Shown: positions 48,046-57,119 of the stretch, piece by piece | Layout of the letters: each line of letters begins with the position of its first letter | How positions within the stretch are numbered: the first letter of the stretch is position 1 | Virus record (IMG/VR): IMGVR_UViG_2888703769_000002 | Reading direction: 5' to 3' (one strand) | From: an uncultured virus (IMG/VR IMGVR_UViG_2888703769_000002) | Lineage: Duplodnaviria; Heunggongvirae; Uroviricota; Caudoviricetes | DNA: 64,000 nt | Notes under the pieces: generated by a model | What the model was told of the DNA's origin: nothing | The model's database searches: none | Seen by the model: only the letters and a program-made list of their open reading frames with translations | Made by a program: the position numbers and the translations under genes

Positions 48046-48210
48046 TTACTTTTCGATTGTATCTGCTACGGTCATAATACCGAACGCAATGACAGCGATA
48101 GCCGCGATAGGCAACGTTGCCCAAGGCGATTCATTTGCGCCATGACCCGCTGAGAATGCGACTGATATCCCGAGCGCATAAGATAGCGCGCGTTCTTTTT
48201 TCCGATTCAT
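48046..48210 (-). CDS. Small membrane protein
   Basis: MNRKKER...; two hydrophobic stretches. Confidence 0.55.
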   Translation of the reverse strand: MNRKKERALSYALGISVAFSAGHGANESPWATLPIAAIAVIAFGIMTVADTIEK

Positions 48211-48375
48211 AAATCGACCGCCCCCGTCCATCTTCGTTTATATTCCGCTTCGTTCTCCGCATACCACTCCGACCAGCAAGACGTCCCGCACGCATAAACC
48301 TCGAAGAGCGAATCGTAAATTGCGGATCGCCCTTCGTAAAGGTTAGCGTTACATGCGGCGCAGACGGAGGCCGGC

Positions 48376-49638
48376 TTAGCGGTCAAAGCGCGCCTCGACT
48401 GGCGTAATGAGTTCGACTTTAAGAAAATATCCATGCACTGTATCCACGATGGACCCACCAGATGCTTGTTTGAGGACTTCGATAATATCCCCGTTTGCCA
48501 CACGTCCAGCACACTGATTGTCTACTACTCTCGCGATATCACCTTTCTTATACTCGCCAACCTTGCGTCCGATCTTCGCCCACTTCGCTTCTTCGACTTG
48601 CTGGCGTTCGATCTCGGCGACTTCCTCTTCGGATAAAATTTCGAGCTGATCCGGCGTTGCATAGCCGAAGCGCTCGGCATCGCCCACGATTCGAATACGT
48701 TTACCCTCAGGATGATCGAAGTTATTATATCCAACCTCGTAAATCTTACCGTTCTCAAACCCGCGTAAAGGGTACGGTCCGCCGCCTGAAAGCAACCGCA
48801 CTTTAGCGCCTCTTTTGAATTTAGCGCGTGCTGCTGCGTCTTTAGCTTCGGCAACTTCTTCGTCAGTGGCGCGTACAACTTCCGATGCAGCGACGTACCA
48901 AACTTCTCCGTCTAAGAGACGTCGCGCTTCAAAATTCGGGTTGTTTCCCGCCTCAATTAACTCGATTATGTCATCGGTATCAAACAGGTGGCCGAATTCC
49001 TCACGGACCACCTTCGCATAATCACCGACCTTCAGGCGCTCAGGCTTCGGCTCAGCTTCTGCGGTTACGGCGCTTACTTTGCGGTAGAATACGAAGTCAC
49101 GGTTACTAGCGTCATACTCGTCTCCATCATCGTCAGTGATCCAAGGATCTCTATAACTATCGAATCGAACAATTTCGTAATATTCCTCATCGGTTAAGTA
49201 GTCCGGAGGATCATCGAACTTAACGTAATCGCCCACATTCGCCTCATCTGCGTCAATCCGTACGTACCCCGCTTCACCCTTCAACTTAGCCACGTCGGAT
49301 TTTAACGATTCGATTTCGCCTTCCGCGGAGCTGACGCGTTCTTCTAAGGACGGATCGGTGCTAGCGGATACTTTGCAGAAGAGTACGTAATCGTCGTCAT
49401 CTCTAAACCGCTCATCATCCACGTCGTCCAAGAATCTAACGTCGTCCGCATGGTCGGCATCCTCCGTAATTTTGTAGAAAGCGCCATAGGTAATGTCGTA
49501 ACCGCCTTTGTCGGCCAGTACCAAATCGCCCATCTTCGGTAAACCTTCCGCCTTCACATATTCCGCACCGCCATACGAAACCTTCGTAATTTCACCGTTC
49601 ACCATATCGAGTGTCTTAACGCCGTTTAATTTCGCCAT
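48376..49638 (-). CDS. Multi-domain protein of tandem SH3/KOW-like beta repeats
   Basis: Repeated GDLV/GDYV/GDYA/GAKV/GDIA modules. Confidence 0.75.
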   Translation of the reverse strand: MAKLNGVKTLDMVNGEITKVSYGGAEYVKAEGLPKMGDLVLADKGGYDITYGAFYKITEDADHADDVRFLDDVDDERFRDDDDYVLFCKVSASTDPSLEERVSSAEGEIESLKSDVAKLKGEAGYVRIDADEANVGDYVKFDDPPDYLTDEEYYEIVRFDSYRDPWITDDDGDEYDASNRDFVFYRKVSAVTAEAEPKPERLKVGDYAKVVREEFGHLFDTDDIIELIEAGNNPNFEARRLLDGEVWYVAASEVVRATDEEVAEAKDAAARAKFKRGAKVRLLSGGGPYPLRGFENGKIYEVGYNNFDHPEGKRIRIVGDAERFGYATPDQLEILSEEEVAEIERQQVEEAKWAKIGRKVGEYKKGDIARVVDNQCAGRVANGDIIEVLKQASGGSIVDTVHGYFLKVELITPVEARFDR

Positions 49639-50073
49639 TTATACCGCCTCCGATTCGTTAATTTTCGTAAGATCTACGTCTTCACGTCGAAAGTTCAAAT
49701 CCATCCGTACCCACCGCTTGCCGTCCTTCGACTGCGGCCCCCAATACTCGGTAAGCTCGCGATTCTCGAACATCCACACGGTAGGTACCGGACCACGGCC
49801 GATAAGCACGCCGATAAAGTAATCGACTTCATCGAGCTTATATGGTGTCCGGTCGCTTTTCCGCGCCTGAACGATGAGGCTGCCGCGCTTCTTTCGATCA
49901 TAAATCGTCTTCACCTGAAACGTTTTCCACTCGCCACTCAACGGACACTTTGCGCTAATATCGAACGCTTCTTCCGTTTCGGACGTACTGACCGCCTGCC
50001 AGCCGCTAGCCAGCAGCGCAGCACGTGCGATCAGTTCCGAATACTTGCCGGTATCTTCTGCTTTATGCGCCAT
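49639..50073 (-). CDS. PD-(D/E)XK endonuclease (I-Ssp6803I-like)
   Basis: G..SE, FD, FQVKT, Y...EVDYF. Confidence 0.7.
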   Translation of the reverse strand: MAHKAEDTGKYSELIARAALLASGWQAVSTSETEEAFDISAKCPLSGEWKTFQVKTIYDRKKRGSLIVQARKSDRTPYKLDEVDYFIGVLIGRGPVPTVWMFENRELTEYWGPQSKDGKRWVRMDLNFRREDVDLTKINESEAV

Positions 50074-50107
50074 ATAAGCGCCTCCTTTTCGTTTGGTTGG
50101 TACGTGA

Positions 50108-50878
50108 TTAGAACGGTAATTCTTCGTCGCTAGGCTTCCAAGGCTCAGGTTCGTTAGAGTCTGTCGCACTGCCGCCCTCTAACGGAGGCAATACAGATTT
50201 CTTAACACCGTCTTTCGCTTCGTGTAGCAGCTTAACAATGTCGCTTTCTTCACGAAAGTTTGCGAGCTCTTCGTACTTGTAATCGATGCCGATAAATGCT
50301 TTTGCTTCTTCAATGACTTCGTCAGGGAGATCACCCGTTTCCAACGAGTACGTTTTATCTGCCTGTTTAAAGTGAACCGCCTGACCTACGAGTGTGTAAT
50401 CCGGAAGGATCTTCTTCGCAGGTTTCTCGGCCTTGTCATAGTCGTCGATTAAATTGTTCGCGTGGAACTCAGCGATATCAATTACGCGATAGGTTTTATA
50501 TTTCGGATCGTAGACCGGAATCATAAAAAACATCTTACGTTGCGCTCCAGCTTTGCACGAAATGCATTCATCCTTACCGGGACGGAAATACTGCTGTAAT
50601 TCTTCCGTGCCTACTTTATCGTGTGGAGAGTGCAGGCATGTGTGTTTGCGGAATTTGTGATCATAACCTTTCCCCGTGTATTCTTTATTTTCGTGAACAA
50701 AGTAGATGTACCAATCGTCAGGCTGCGCGAGAATGACTAAGTTGCGGCCGTCTTTGTTGATTTCTCCATAGCTTCCAACGCGAACATATCGCGTAACACC
50801 TTCCGGGAATTCACTTTCGCCACTTGACGCTTTATCCCGTTCCTCTTCACGTTTCTTTAAGATATCTCGAATGCTCAT
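50108..50878 (-). CDS. Single-stranded DNA-binding protein (gp32-like)
   Basis: FVHE, HTC...C..C Zn ligands, acidic EELPF tail; start MSIRDIL. Confidence 0.8.
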   Translation of the reverse strand: MSIRDILKKREEERDKASSGESEFPEGVTRYVRVGSYGEINKDGRNLVILAQPDDWYIYFVHENKEYTGKGYDHKFRKHTCLHSPHDKVGTEELQQYFRPGKDECISCKAGAQRKMFFMIPVYDPKYKTYRVIDIAEFHANNLIDDYDKAEKPAKKILPDYTLVGQAVHFKQADKTYSLETGDLPDEVIEEAKAFIGIDYKYEELANFREESDIVKLLHEAKDGVKKSVLPPLEGGSATDSNEPEPWKPSDEELPF

Positions 50879-51024
50879 TCGTTTTCCCCCTACGTTTTTA
50901 TTAAGGCTTTTCGCCCTCGCAAAATGCCGGTATCTGCGCCCGAAACGCCGCCAGCGCTTGGCAGTAGCGACGCGACACGGATTACCTAACGGCCGCCCCG
51001 GCATTCTCCGAGGACGCGACGCGC

Positions 51025-51123
51025 CTAGCATGCGTCGTCTTCGCCAATTTGCGTCCACATGCCGAAAAGTATTAATCCGATGATGACGGCGGCAATCGGT
51101 CCCACCCACGAAAGATCAGACAT
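51025..51123 (-). CDS. Small single-TM peptide (32 aa)
   Basis: AAGGAG RBS; MSDLSWVGPIAAVIIGLILFGMW. Confidence 0.5.
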   Translation of the reverse strand: MSDLSWVGPIAAVIIGLILFGMWTQIGEDDAC

Positions 51124-51634
51124 ACGCCGCAACTCCTTTCGCCGCTTTTGTAAGCCTGCGTTTTAATTCGAAGGATTCAGCGGGTAATTCGTCAATCCGC
51201 ATCTGAACCGCATTGATTCGCGCTTGGTACGCCATCTTCTTCGCTTTTGAACGCGTTCGTTTAAGCTCGGCCGTCAGGTGCGCTATTTCTTCGTGAAGTT
51301 CCGCGGCATAATTTTCGTTATTTTGAACCGCAGCCTCTACGCTTTGTTTCATCGTGTAATACGCTTCGTTGATAAATCGGATCGCCGTATTCTTTTCGGA
51401 AGGATGAACGGTCAGTACATGATCGCTATTCAGCGCGAAGAGTATAATGACTCCTTTTCCGCCGTACATTCGCGCTTCCTTACCGTTAGAATCTACGGTG
51501 ATCCCGAGATACTTTACGTGCTGAAGCTTTTGCGCAATCCATTTACGCGCTACGTGTAAATTCGTAATATTGTAACGTTCCTTCAGGCGCTTGCGTGCGT
51601 GGTGCGAAAACTTGACCTGACCGGCGGTAATCAT
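51116..51634 (-). CDS. Hypothetical protein (HARKRLKER domain plus coiled coil)
   Basis: ORF in operon. Confidence 0.7.
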   Translation of the reverse strand: MITAGQVKFSHHARKRLKERYNITNLHVARKWIAQKLQHVKYLGITVDSNGKEARMYGGKGVIILFALNSDHVLTVHPSEKNTAIRFINEAYYTMKQSVEAAVQNNENYAAELHEEIAHLTAELKRTRSKAKKMAYQARINAVQMRIDELPAESFELKRRLTKAAKGVAAYV

Positions 51635-51792
51635 CCGACGCGCACCGCCTTAATCGATGTAGCCGGGAAATAGTCGGCCGGATCTTCGTCGTGCGGCCAT
51701 GCGCCTTGGTAAATGAAATCGGTTAGTTTGCGCTCATCTAGCGCTAAAAGCGTTTGAGATTCGTTAAATGTGGGTAAATTCGATGTATGCAT
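51631..51792 (-). CDS. Small hypothetical protein (53 aa)
   Basis: GGAGG RBS; ATGA overlap with the next gene. Confidence 0.55.
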   Translation of the reverse strand: MHTSNLPTFNESQTLLALDERKLTDFIYQGAWPHDEDPADYFPATSIKAVRVG

Positions 51793-51934
51793 AGTACGTT
51801 AGCCTCCGTTATTTTAAGGATAATCGCACTAGGCCGAGGACATGTTCGCATAATTGTTCTCTTGAATTCGTTGACAATATGCAATACAATGAGGACGTAG
51901 CGAAAGTCCTTCGGGCCTAGCTGCGACAGAAATA

Positions 51935-52462
51935 TTAAGCTGTTAATTCGCGTTGACAGTTTGATCGGAATCGTTGGATAAACTTTCGATGGGACGGAGC
52001 ATTTCCTCCAAAACGTTGCGCCAACAACGTGGAAACTTCCGTATCGTTTGTACATCCGCGAGTCCAAGTATCGAGAATAAGTTTTTTTCTTTCGTCGTCC
52101 TGCGCCAACAGGGCGACTTTTTCTTTAAGCAAAACCGCGTCCTCAACACTCGCCAAAGTGTCTTCCGGCTCCCAAACGGTTCCTTCTTCGTTAATTGCTT
52201 CGATTGCGATTTCGTCCCTAGATCGTCTATTCTTCACAAATCTATGCCGGGTTTCGCGAATAATGCGCTGTATCAACGCCTTTTTTTCGCGTCCATTTTC
52301 CGCAAGATTTTCTAACGTCCTTCCGATCGCTTGATAGCACTCCTGCTCAAAGGAGGTAAAATCCGGAATTAGATGGGCGATTCGTTCCGCTTCCTTAGTT
52401 ACGTAGGGAATCGCACCACTGTCGGCTGCTAACTGAAGTCTATTAAATTGTTTTTGTTCCAA
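51935..52462 (-). CDS. Divergent ECF-type sigma-factor-like protein (175 aa)
   Basis: Region 2-like helices (FEQECYQAI...LIQRIIRE) and region 4-like DERKKLIL...DTEVSTLL; TTG start with AAGGAG RBS. Confidence 0.55.
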   Translation of the reverse strand: MEQKQFNRLQLAADSGAIPYVTKEAERIAHLIPDFTSFEQECYQAIGRTLENLAENGREKKALIQRIIRETRHRFVKNRRSRDEIAIEAINEEGTVWEPEDTLASVEDAVLLKEKVALLAQDDERKKLILDTWTRGCTNDTEVSTLLAQRFGGNAPSHRKFIQRFRSNCQRELTA

Positions 52463-52484
52463 TTTGATATCTCCTTTCGCCTTA

Positions 52485-52524
52485 CACTTATATAACGGGT
52501 AGGCAGTAAATGATTTTGCGACAT
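52485..52524 (-). promoter_or_regulatory. Putative phage-specific promoter, copy 1
   Basis: ATGTCGCAAAA-N10-CCTACCCGTTATATAAGTG. Confidence 0.65.
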
Positions 52525-52644
52525 TTCTTTTTAAAAACTTTTTATTAATTTCTTCTATGACCATATCGTACCAAAAATTCGTTTGTTTTTTCGGAAAGTT
52601 GCGATATTTATATTATGGAAATTTAGTCAACTTCTTGTATAGAC

Positions 52645-52669
52645 AAAAAGAAAAGAGCCCGAAGGCTCT
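52645..52669 (-). terminator. Terminator after aimP
   Basis: AGAGCC TTCG GGCTCT TTTCTTTT. Confidence 0.85.
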
Positions 52670-52679
52670 GCTTGTATTA

Positions 52680-52808
52680 TCAACCTCCGGGGCGAAGTTC
52701 AGCTGTTCCGAAGGTCTTATCACTGCTTGCGTATTCAAACCCTTTAAGCTGTCCGGCTGCTGAAAAAAACGCTGCGATCACTAAAACACTCAATAAAATC
52801 TTCTTCAA
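52680..52808 (-). CDS. aimP: Arbitrium pro-peptide (42 aa), predicted mature peptide ELRPGG
   Basis: MKKILLSVLVIAAFFSAAGQLKGFEYASSDKTFGTAELRPGG; AAGGAG RBS; directly after aimR. Confidence 0.85.
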   Translation of the reverse strand: MKKILLSVLVIAAFFSAAGQLKGFEYASSDKTFGTAELRPGG

Positions 52809-53928
52809 AATAAAACATCTCCTTTTTGTTGTGTTTGTAACTACTCAATGTTTCTAATAAATAAGGGTGTATGCCTGTGGAGAGTAGATCTGAAGCTATA
52901 AGCGCTGAAATAAAGAAGTTTGACTTATATAAGAATTTACGATGGCCTTCAAGAAGATTATCAACACCCCCTTTTTCATAGATCTTTAAGCACTCATAAA
53001 AACTGTCTCCTTCTTCTAAATAAACCACCTCCTCTAAAGTTTCAAGGTATTTACTTAACTTTTGTGTATCACTTCTATACTGATACGCTTTTGCCATTAC
53101 TAAGTTATTATAAGAGTCATTTATGAGATAATCTACACCAGTTAGTCGCATTAGAGAATAACTTTTTTCAAAATATTTAATTGACTCGTCTGGATTATGA
53201 AGTAATTTGGTCATTCCTAGAAGATAGGTGGCATCTGCTTTTAATTTTGGAGATATATTAGCTTGTAGTATGATATTCGCGTAATGTGCCGCCCCTTTAA
53301 GATTATTTAATTTGAGATATGTGGGAGCTATCATTTCCGCAAACCTATGAATATAACACTCCTTTATAAATAGCTCTCTTTTATCATTCATTTTATTTAT
53401 GCTTCTTCCAATTTCCATCGCCTCAGAAATCACGAGGAAGTACTCCCCCAAACTGTAATTTCCATAACACTTGTAAATTCCAGCTAGTATGTGAAGCTCT
53501 TTATCTTTTGAAGCCTTGAATTCGTTCATTTCTTGAATCATCTCTTTAATCGATATTTTCATATCCATATAATTTAATATAGTACGATACATAGAAACAT
53601 ACGATTTTAGATGATATTTCCCCTTATGTTCATTAATTAAGTGTTCAAGTAGCTTAGTGTTTCTGGTTATCGCAGCATACTCAAATGCTTGTTTAACCAT
53701 CTCTTTAGAGGTATCGTCTAACTGTATGCACCAGCTCGAAATCTTACTGTCTGGATCTTTTGGAAATAATAAGTGCGCCATAACTACTAATGCCCTAAAG
53801 CCGATCGTGCCATCTTTTTTAAATTTTGTCATCGATGATTTATCAACACGTAGTTCTTTTGCTATCTGAGAATACTTTATATCATGGTCCTCGATGAAGT
53901 CACAAAGTTCTCGTCTTATCGCCTCCAA
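52744..53928 (-). CDS. aimR: Arbitrium receptor (HTH plus TPR, RRNPP family)
   Basis: N-terminal HTH, AFEYA motif, helical repeats, 394 aa, adjacent pro-peptide. Confidence 0.88.
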   Translation of the reverse strand: MEAIRRELCDFIEDHDIKYSQIAKELRVDKSSMTKFKKDGTIGFRALVVMAHLLFPKDPDSKISSWCIQLDDTSKEMVKQAFEYAAITRNTKLLEHLINEHKGKYHLKSYVSMYRTILNYMDMKISIKEMIQEMNEFKASKDKELHILAGIYKCYGNYSLGEYFLVISEAMEIGRSINKMNDKRELFIKECYIHRFAEMIAPTYLKLNNLKGAAHYANIILQANISPKLKADATYLLGMTKLLHNPDESIKYFEKSYSLMRLTGVDYLINDSYNNLVMAKAYQYRSDTQKLSKYLETLEEVVYLEEGDSFYECLKIYEKGGVDNLLEGHRKFLYKSNFFISALIASDLLSTGIHPYLLETLSSYKHNKKEMFYFEEDFIECFSDRSVFFSSRTA

Positions 53929-54000
53929 TTTTGGAGAGCCCCCTTTCTGCCGTTTCTTGAATTATTTTCAATTTAGAGTATAATTGAATCATACGATAAA

Positions 54001-54046
54001 TGTTCAGCAGTGTCTACATTTTTTGTTCAGTAGTGCCGACATTTTT
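54001..54046. repeat. Imperfect 23-bp tandem repeat, probable operators between aimR and the divergent HTH genes
   Basis: TGTTCAGCAGTGTCTACATTTTT / TGTTCAGTAGTGCCGACATTTTT. Confidence 0.75.
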
Positions 54047-54063
54047 TAAAAGGAGTATTTAAA

Positions 54064-54285
54064 ATGGTTGATTTTTCGCCCTTATACCAGACTTTAAAAG
54101 AAAGAGGACTAAAGCCTAGTCACCTAAGAAAATGCATTTCTCCTGACACACAGGCAAGTATTAAGAAGCAGCACATGACTAAAAACGCTACTATGTACAT
54201 AGGTACGATCGATGTTATATGCCAATTTCTCGAGGTTCCTATCGAGAAGGTTGTTCGAATTGTACCTGACGATGTGGAAAATTAA
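54064..54285 (+). CDS. Xre/Cro-like HTH protein
   Basis: FSPLYQTLKERG...TIDVICQFLEVPIEKVV. Confidence 0.8.
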   Translation: MVDFSPLYQTLKERGLKPSHLRKCISPDTQASIKKQHMTKNATMYIGTIDVICQFLEVPIEKVVRIVPDDVEN

Positions 54286-54338
54286 ACGGAAATAGTCTAT
54301 AATTTCCTCCGTGACACCTTATCTGATGTAGTACGGAG

Positions 54339-54578
54339 GTGTTTATTACGTTTAAGGTCGGCAAATGTCGGATACCCGAACTATGCAAGAAACGCGGAAT
54401 CAGTCTCAGTCAACTCGCAGCAATGGTCGGAGTATCAAAAACGCAAATGTCCGATTACGTCAGCCTTCGGAACCTGCCGAGCATCGAACGAACCTACAAT
54501 ATCGCAATGATGCTCGGTTGCGCGCCCGAAGATCTGTACGAATGGATTGAGGTATCCGACAGCAACACGGAGGGTTAA
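54339..54578 (+). CDS. Xre-family HTH regulator
   Basis: SLSQLAAMVGVSKTQMSDY...PSIE. Confidence 0.88.
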   Translation: MFITFKVGKCRIPELCKKRGISLSQLAAMVGVSKTQMSDYVSLRNLPSIERTYNIAMMLGCAPEDLYEWIEVSDSNTEG

Positions 54579-54594
54579 TACAACCTCCGCCGAC

Positions 54595-55590
54595 CTAAAG
54601 TACGGGAATTCCCGAACATAAACGTAAAGTATTTCTTACGACCTCCGCACGATCATACACGTCTTGCAACGCTTCTGTACCGCGCTTTATAAGTAGTTCA
54701 TCAGCGTCTTTCACCTCCGTAATATAACCGTGCGCAAGCCGCACCTTTCCGCTCAAATAACGCTCAATCTCCCGCCGTAACTTTTCGCCAGCTTTGTCGT
54801 TATCTGTAACCACCGTTAAATATTCGATAGGTGACTGCGCAATTATGTCCGCCTTCTGTAAATTAAATGTGCTGCCTCCGGTTCCGATCGCCGGTACACC
54901 CGCAGACCGCCACGCCATGGCATCGATTTCCGCCTCGCATATCACCGCGCTTTTAATCCGCTGCGCATATACGAGATCCATTCCGTAAACTAAATACCGG
55001 ATAGGCAAGCCGCCTTTTACGTACCAGAACGCCTTCCCCTTCGTTGCCCTATACTTAACGTTTGCCAGCCGGCCGTTAGGAAGCCGCCAAGGGATCGCGA
55101 CTGCGTTACCGGCAAGTGATACGCCGGCCTCTTCTTGTACTGCGGTCGCAATGCCCCGGCCCGTCAGGTAAGCGTTAGCCCCTGGCGCCGTGTCCGCGAG
55201 GACCGATTCCGCTAAAGGCTCCGGCTTCGTGACGGCTTTTAATTTCGGGAGCCGCAGCGCCATACGTCCGCCTTCAGCCGCCGGTGCATACGTTTCCAAT
55301 AAGTAATCGATTGCGTCGTCTTCGGTTTCGCCGCGCAGGAAAGCGAGCAGTTTAACGAACCCGCCCCGCGCAAACTCTTCGTCATAGGCGCCTGAGTCGC
55401 CCCAATAGCCGGCTTTTGCCGACACTGTGTCTTCGAGGTATACGTAAAAGCTCGGAGTCCGATCGTATCTGAATGGACTGGCGGCCAGCAGGCGTTCGCC
55501 GCCCCACGTCGGCCGGGTCCAGTCGAATTGTTCGAGTTCATACCGAATGTCGACGTCTACAGAACGTCCACCCAAATTTAATATCGGCAA
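54595..55590 (-). CDS. DNA primase (TOPRIM)
   Basis: SPFRYDRTPSF, ICEAEIDAM, DNDKAG, KDADE. Confidence 0.88.
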   Translation of the reverse strand: MPILNLGGRSVDVDIRYELEQFDWTRPTWGGERLLAASPFRYDRTPSFYVYLEDTVSAKAGYWGDSGAYDEEFARGGFVKLLAFLRGETEDDAIDYLLETYAPAAEGGRMALRLPKLKAVTKPEPLAESVLADTAPGANAYLTGRGIATAVQEEAGVSLAGNAVAIPWRLPNGRLANVKYRATKGKAFWYVKGGLPIRYLVYGMDLVYAQRIKSAVICEAEIDAMAWRSAGVPAIGTGGSTFNLQKADIIAQSPIEYLTVVTDNDKAGEKLRREIERYLSGKVRLAHGYITEVKDADELLIKRGTEALQDVYDRAEVVRNTLRLCSGIPVL

Positions 55591-55724
55591 TTCGAGACAC
55601 TTCCTTTCGAGACTTGTAAATTATATTACGACATTGTTACGAAAATTACAGTCGCAATTTGTCGAAACTATTCAAAAATTTAGATGTAATTGTTGACAAT
55701 ATCATCCGGTAAATTCCAAACGAT

Positions 55725-57119
55725 CTAAAACTCGAACACGTCCGCAGCCCCGGCGCCCATTTCCGGCTGTTTTACTACGCCGATTTGCGGCAAATAGATG
55801 ATCTCTGCGACTTCCCCTTCGCCGCCGTCGCGCCCTTTGTTCAATCCGATCAAGCCGCGGCCTTCTTTCGCGTTCGTATCAACTGCGATCAATAACGCAG
55901 CATCTTCGAGCAGGGCTTTCGTTTTCTTGACGTCCTTACGCTGCGGCAGCTTAAGCTCGCGCGCTCCGTCTTCCGTTTCTTTCTCGTCATCCTCATCTGC
56001 CTGTGTGAGCGCAAAGATCGTCGTTTTCGTATGCCCGGCCAGACGGCGCAGTTTTTGCGAAGTATTAGCCGCGTCTCCGCCTGCCGTCTTTGACGTATTG
56101 GCTTCGTAGTCGAGGTAATAAAACGGATCTACAAGCACGACGTCGGCTTTCGTTTCGATAATGTCCGATTTTAGATCGCGCAGGGTTCTTGAGCCGAAGT
56201 CTTCGTCGTCGACAGCTCGCACCGTAATGTTTCCCGGAATGATTTCGTTAAGACGATCAAGGAATTCCATAAAACCCGCCTCGAACTCGTCGGATAGTTT
56301 GCCCTGACGTACGTCGCGAGAATTGAAGCCGGCTTCCATATCGACGCCGTCCAAAGTCGCAGTCGTAACGCCCATGGTTCCGGAAATCGATACGTACAGA
56401 CGCACCAACACTTCGTACCAGCCCATTTCCATCGACCAAATCAGAACGTTCGCCCCCTGCATCGCACAGTTAGTGACCTCTTCTAACGATACGGCCGATT
56501 TACCCCGGCCCGACTTTCCGTAGATCACGTACACGTTCGACGAAACGTAGCCGCCCATTGCCTTATTAACAAAATCGAATTTGCTGCGCCAGATCCGAAA
56601 GGACTCGCCGGCCTTACGGTTTTCATATTCCGCTTTAAACTTGTCGATGTCCCGTTTGATATCCGTCCCGACCGAATTTCGAACGCTTGTTCTCATTTTA
56701 AGACTTTCGGCCTGCCCCGTCAACCACTCGAAGAATTTTCCCATATCTCCGCTTTTTTGCGCTTCAATAAATCGTTTTTCGAGCTGCGGCTCCTGAACTT
56801 GGCGATTGGTTTCCGGATCAATACGTCCGTTCATCAGCTCGATAAATTCGCGCTCGGCTGCCCGGTCCTTGAGGTTTTTCGCAAGGTAATCGTAACTGGC
56901 TTCGATATTAAAATCCGGCTGGAATTCCGGTACCTCATTCGCAACCATCTCGGCAGTCGGCGCTTGGCCTCGGTGTTTCTCCGCGTAATCCATAACGTAC
57001 CGGAAGGCCTTGCGTTCGCCCTGCGTTTGGAAGTCGGCTTCGGAAACATTGAAGCGCAGAAGGGCGTTCGGATCGTTCGCTTCGATGGCTTTCGATATTA
57101 GCAAAGTTCCATACTGCAT
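55725..57119 (-). CDS. Replicative DnaB-like helicase
   Basis: GKSGRGKS, SMEM, VLVDPFY, ALTQ, KGRDG. Confidence 0.93.
   Translation of the reverse strand: MQYGTLLISKAIEANDPNALLRFNVSEADFQTQGERKAFRYVMDYAEKHRGQAPTAEMVANEVPEFQPDFNIEASYDYLAKNLKDRAAEREFIELMNGRIDPETNRQVQEPQLEKRFIEAQKSGDMGKFFEWLTGQAESLKMRTSVRNSVGTDIKRDIDKFKAEYENRKAGESFRIWRSKFDFVNKAMGGYVSSNVYVIYGKSGRGKSAVSLEEVTNCAMQGANVLIWSMEMGWYEVLVRLYVSISGTMGVTTATLDGVDMEAGFNSRDVRQGKLSDEFEAGFMEFLDRLNEIIPGNITVRAVDDEDFGSRTLRDLKSDIIETKADVVLVDPFYYLDYEANTSKTAGGDAANTSQKLRRLAGHTKTTIFALTQADEDDEKETEDGARELKLPQRKDVKKTKALLEDAALLIAVDTNAKEGRGLIGLNKGRDGGEGEVAEIIYLPQIGVVKQPEMGAGAADVFEF

Noticed and set aside
50879..51109. Arg-rich N-terminal extension of the SSB ORF
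   Set aside because: GC-rich structured leader; the RBS supports a start at 50878
51836..51849. LexA (SOS) box CGAACATGTCCTCG
   Set aside because: Two mismatches in the conserved GTTC half; better explained as part of an RNA stem
45726..57119. Inteins in the polymerase or helicase
   Set aside because: Motif spacing is normal and no Cys...His-Asn splice junctions were seen
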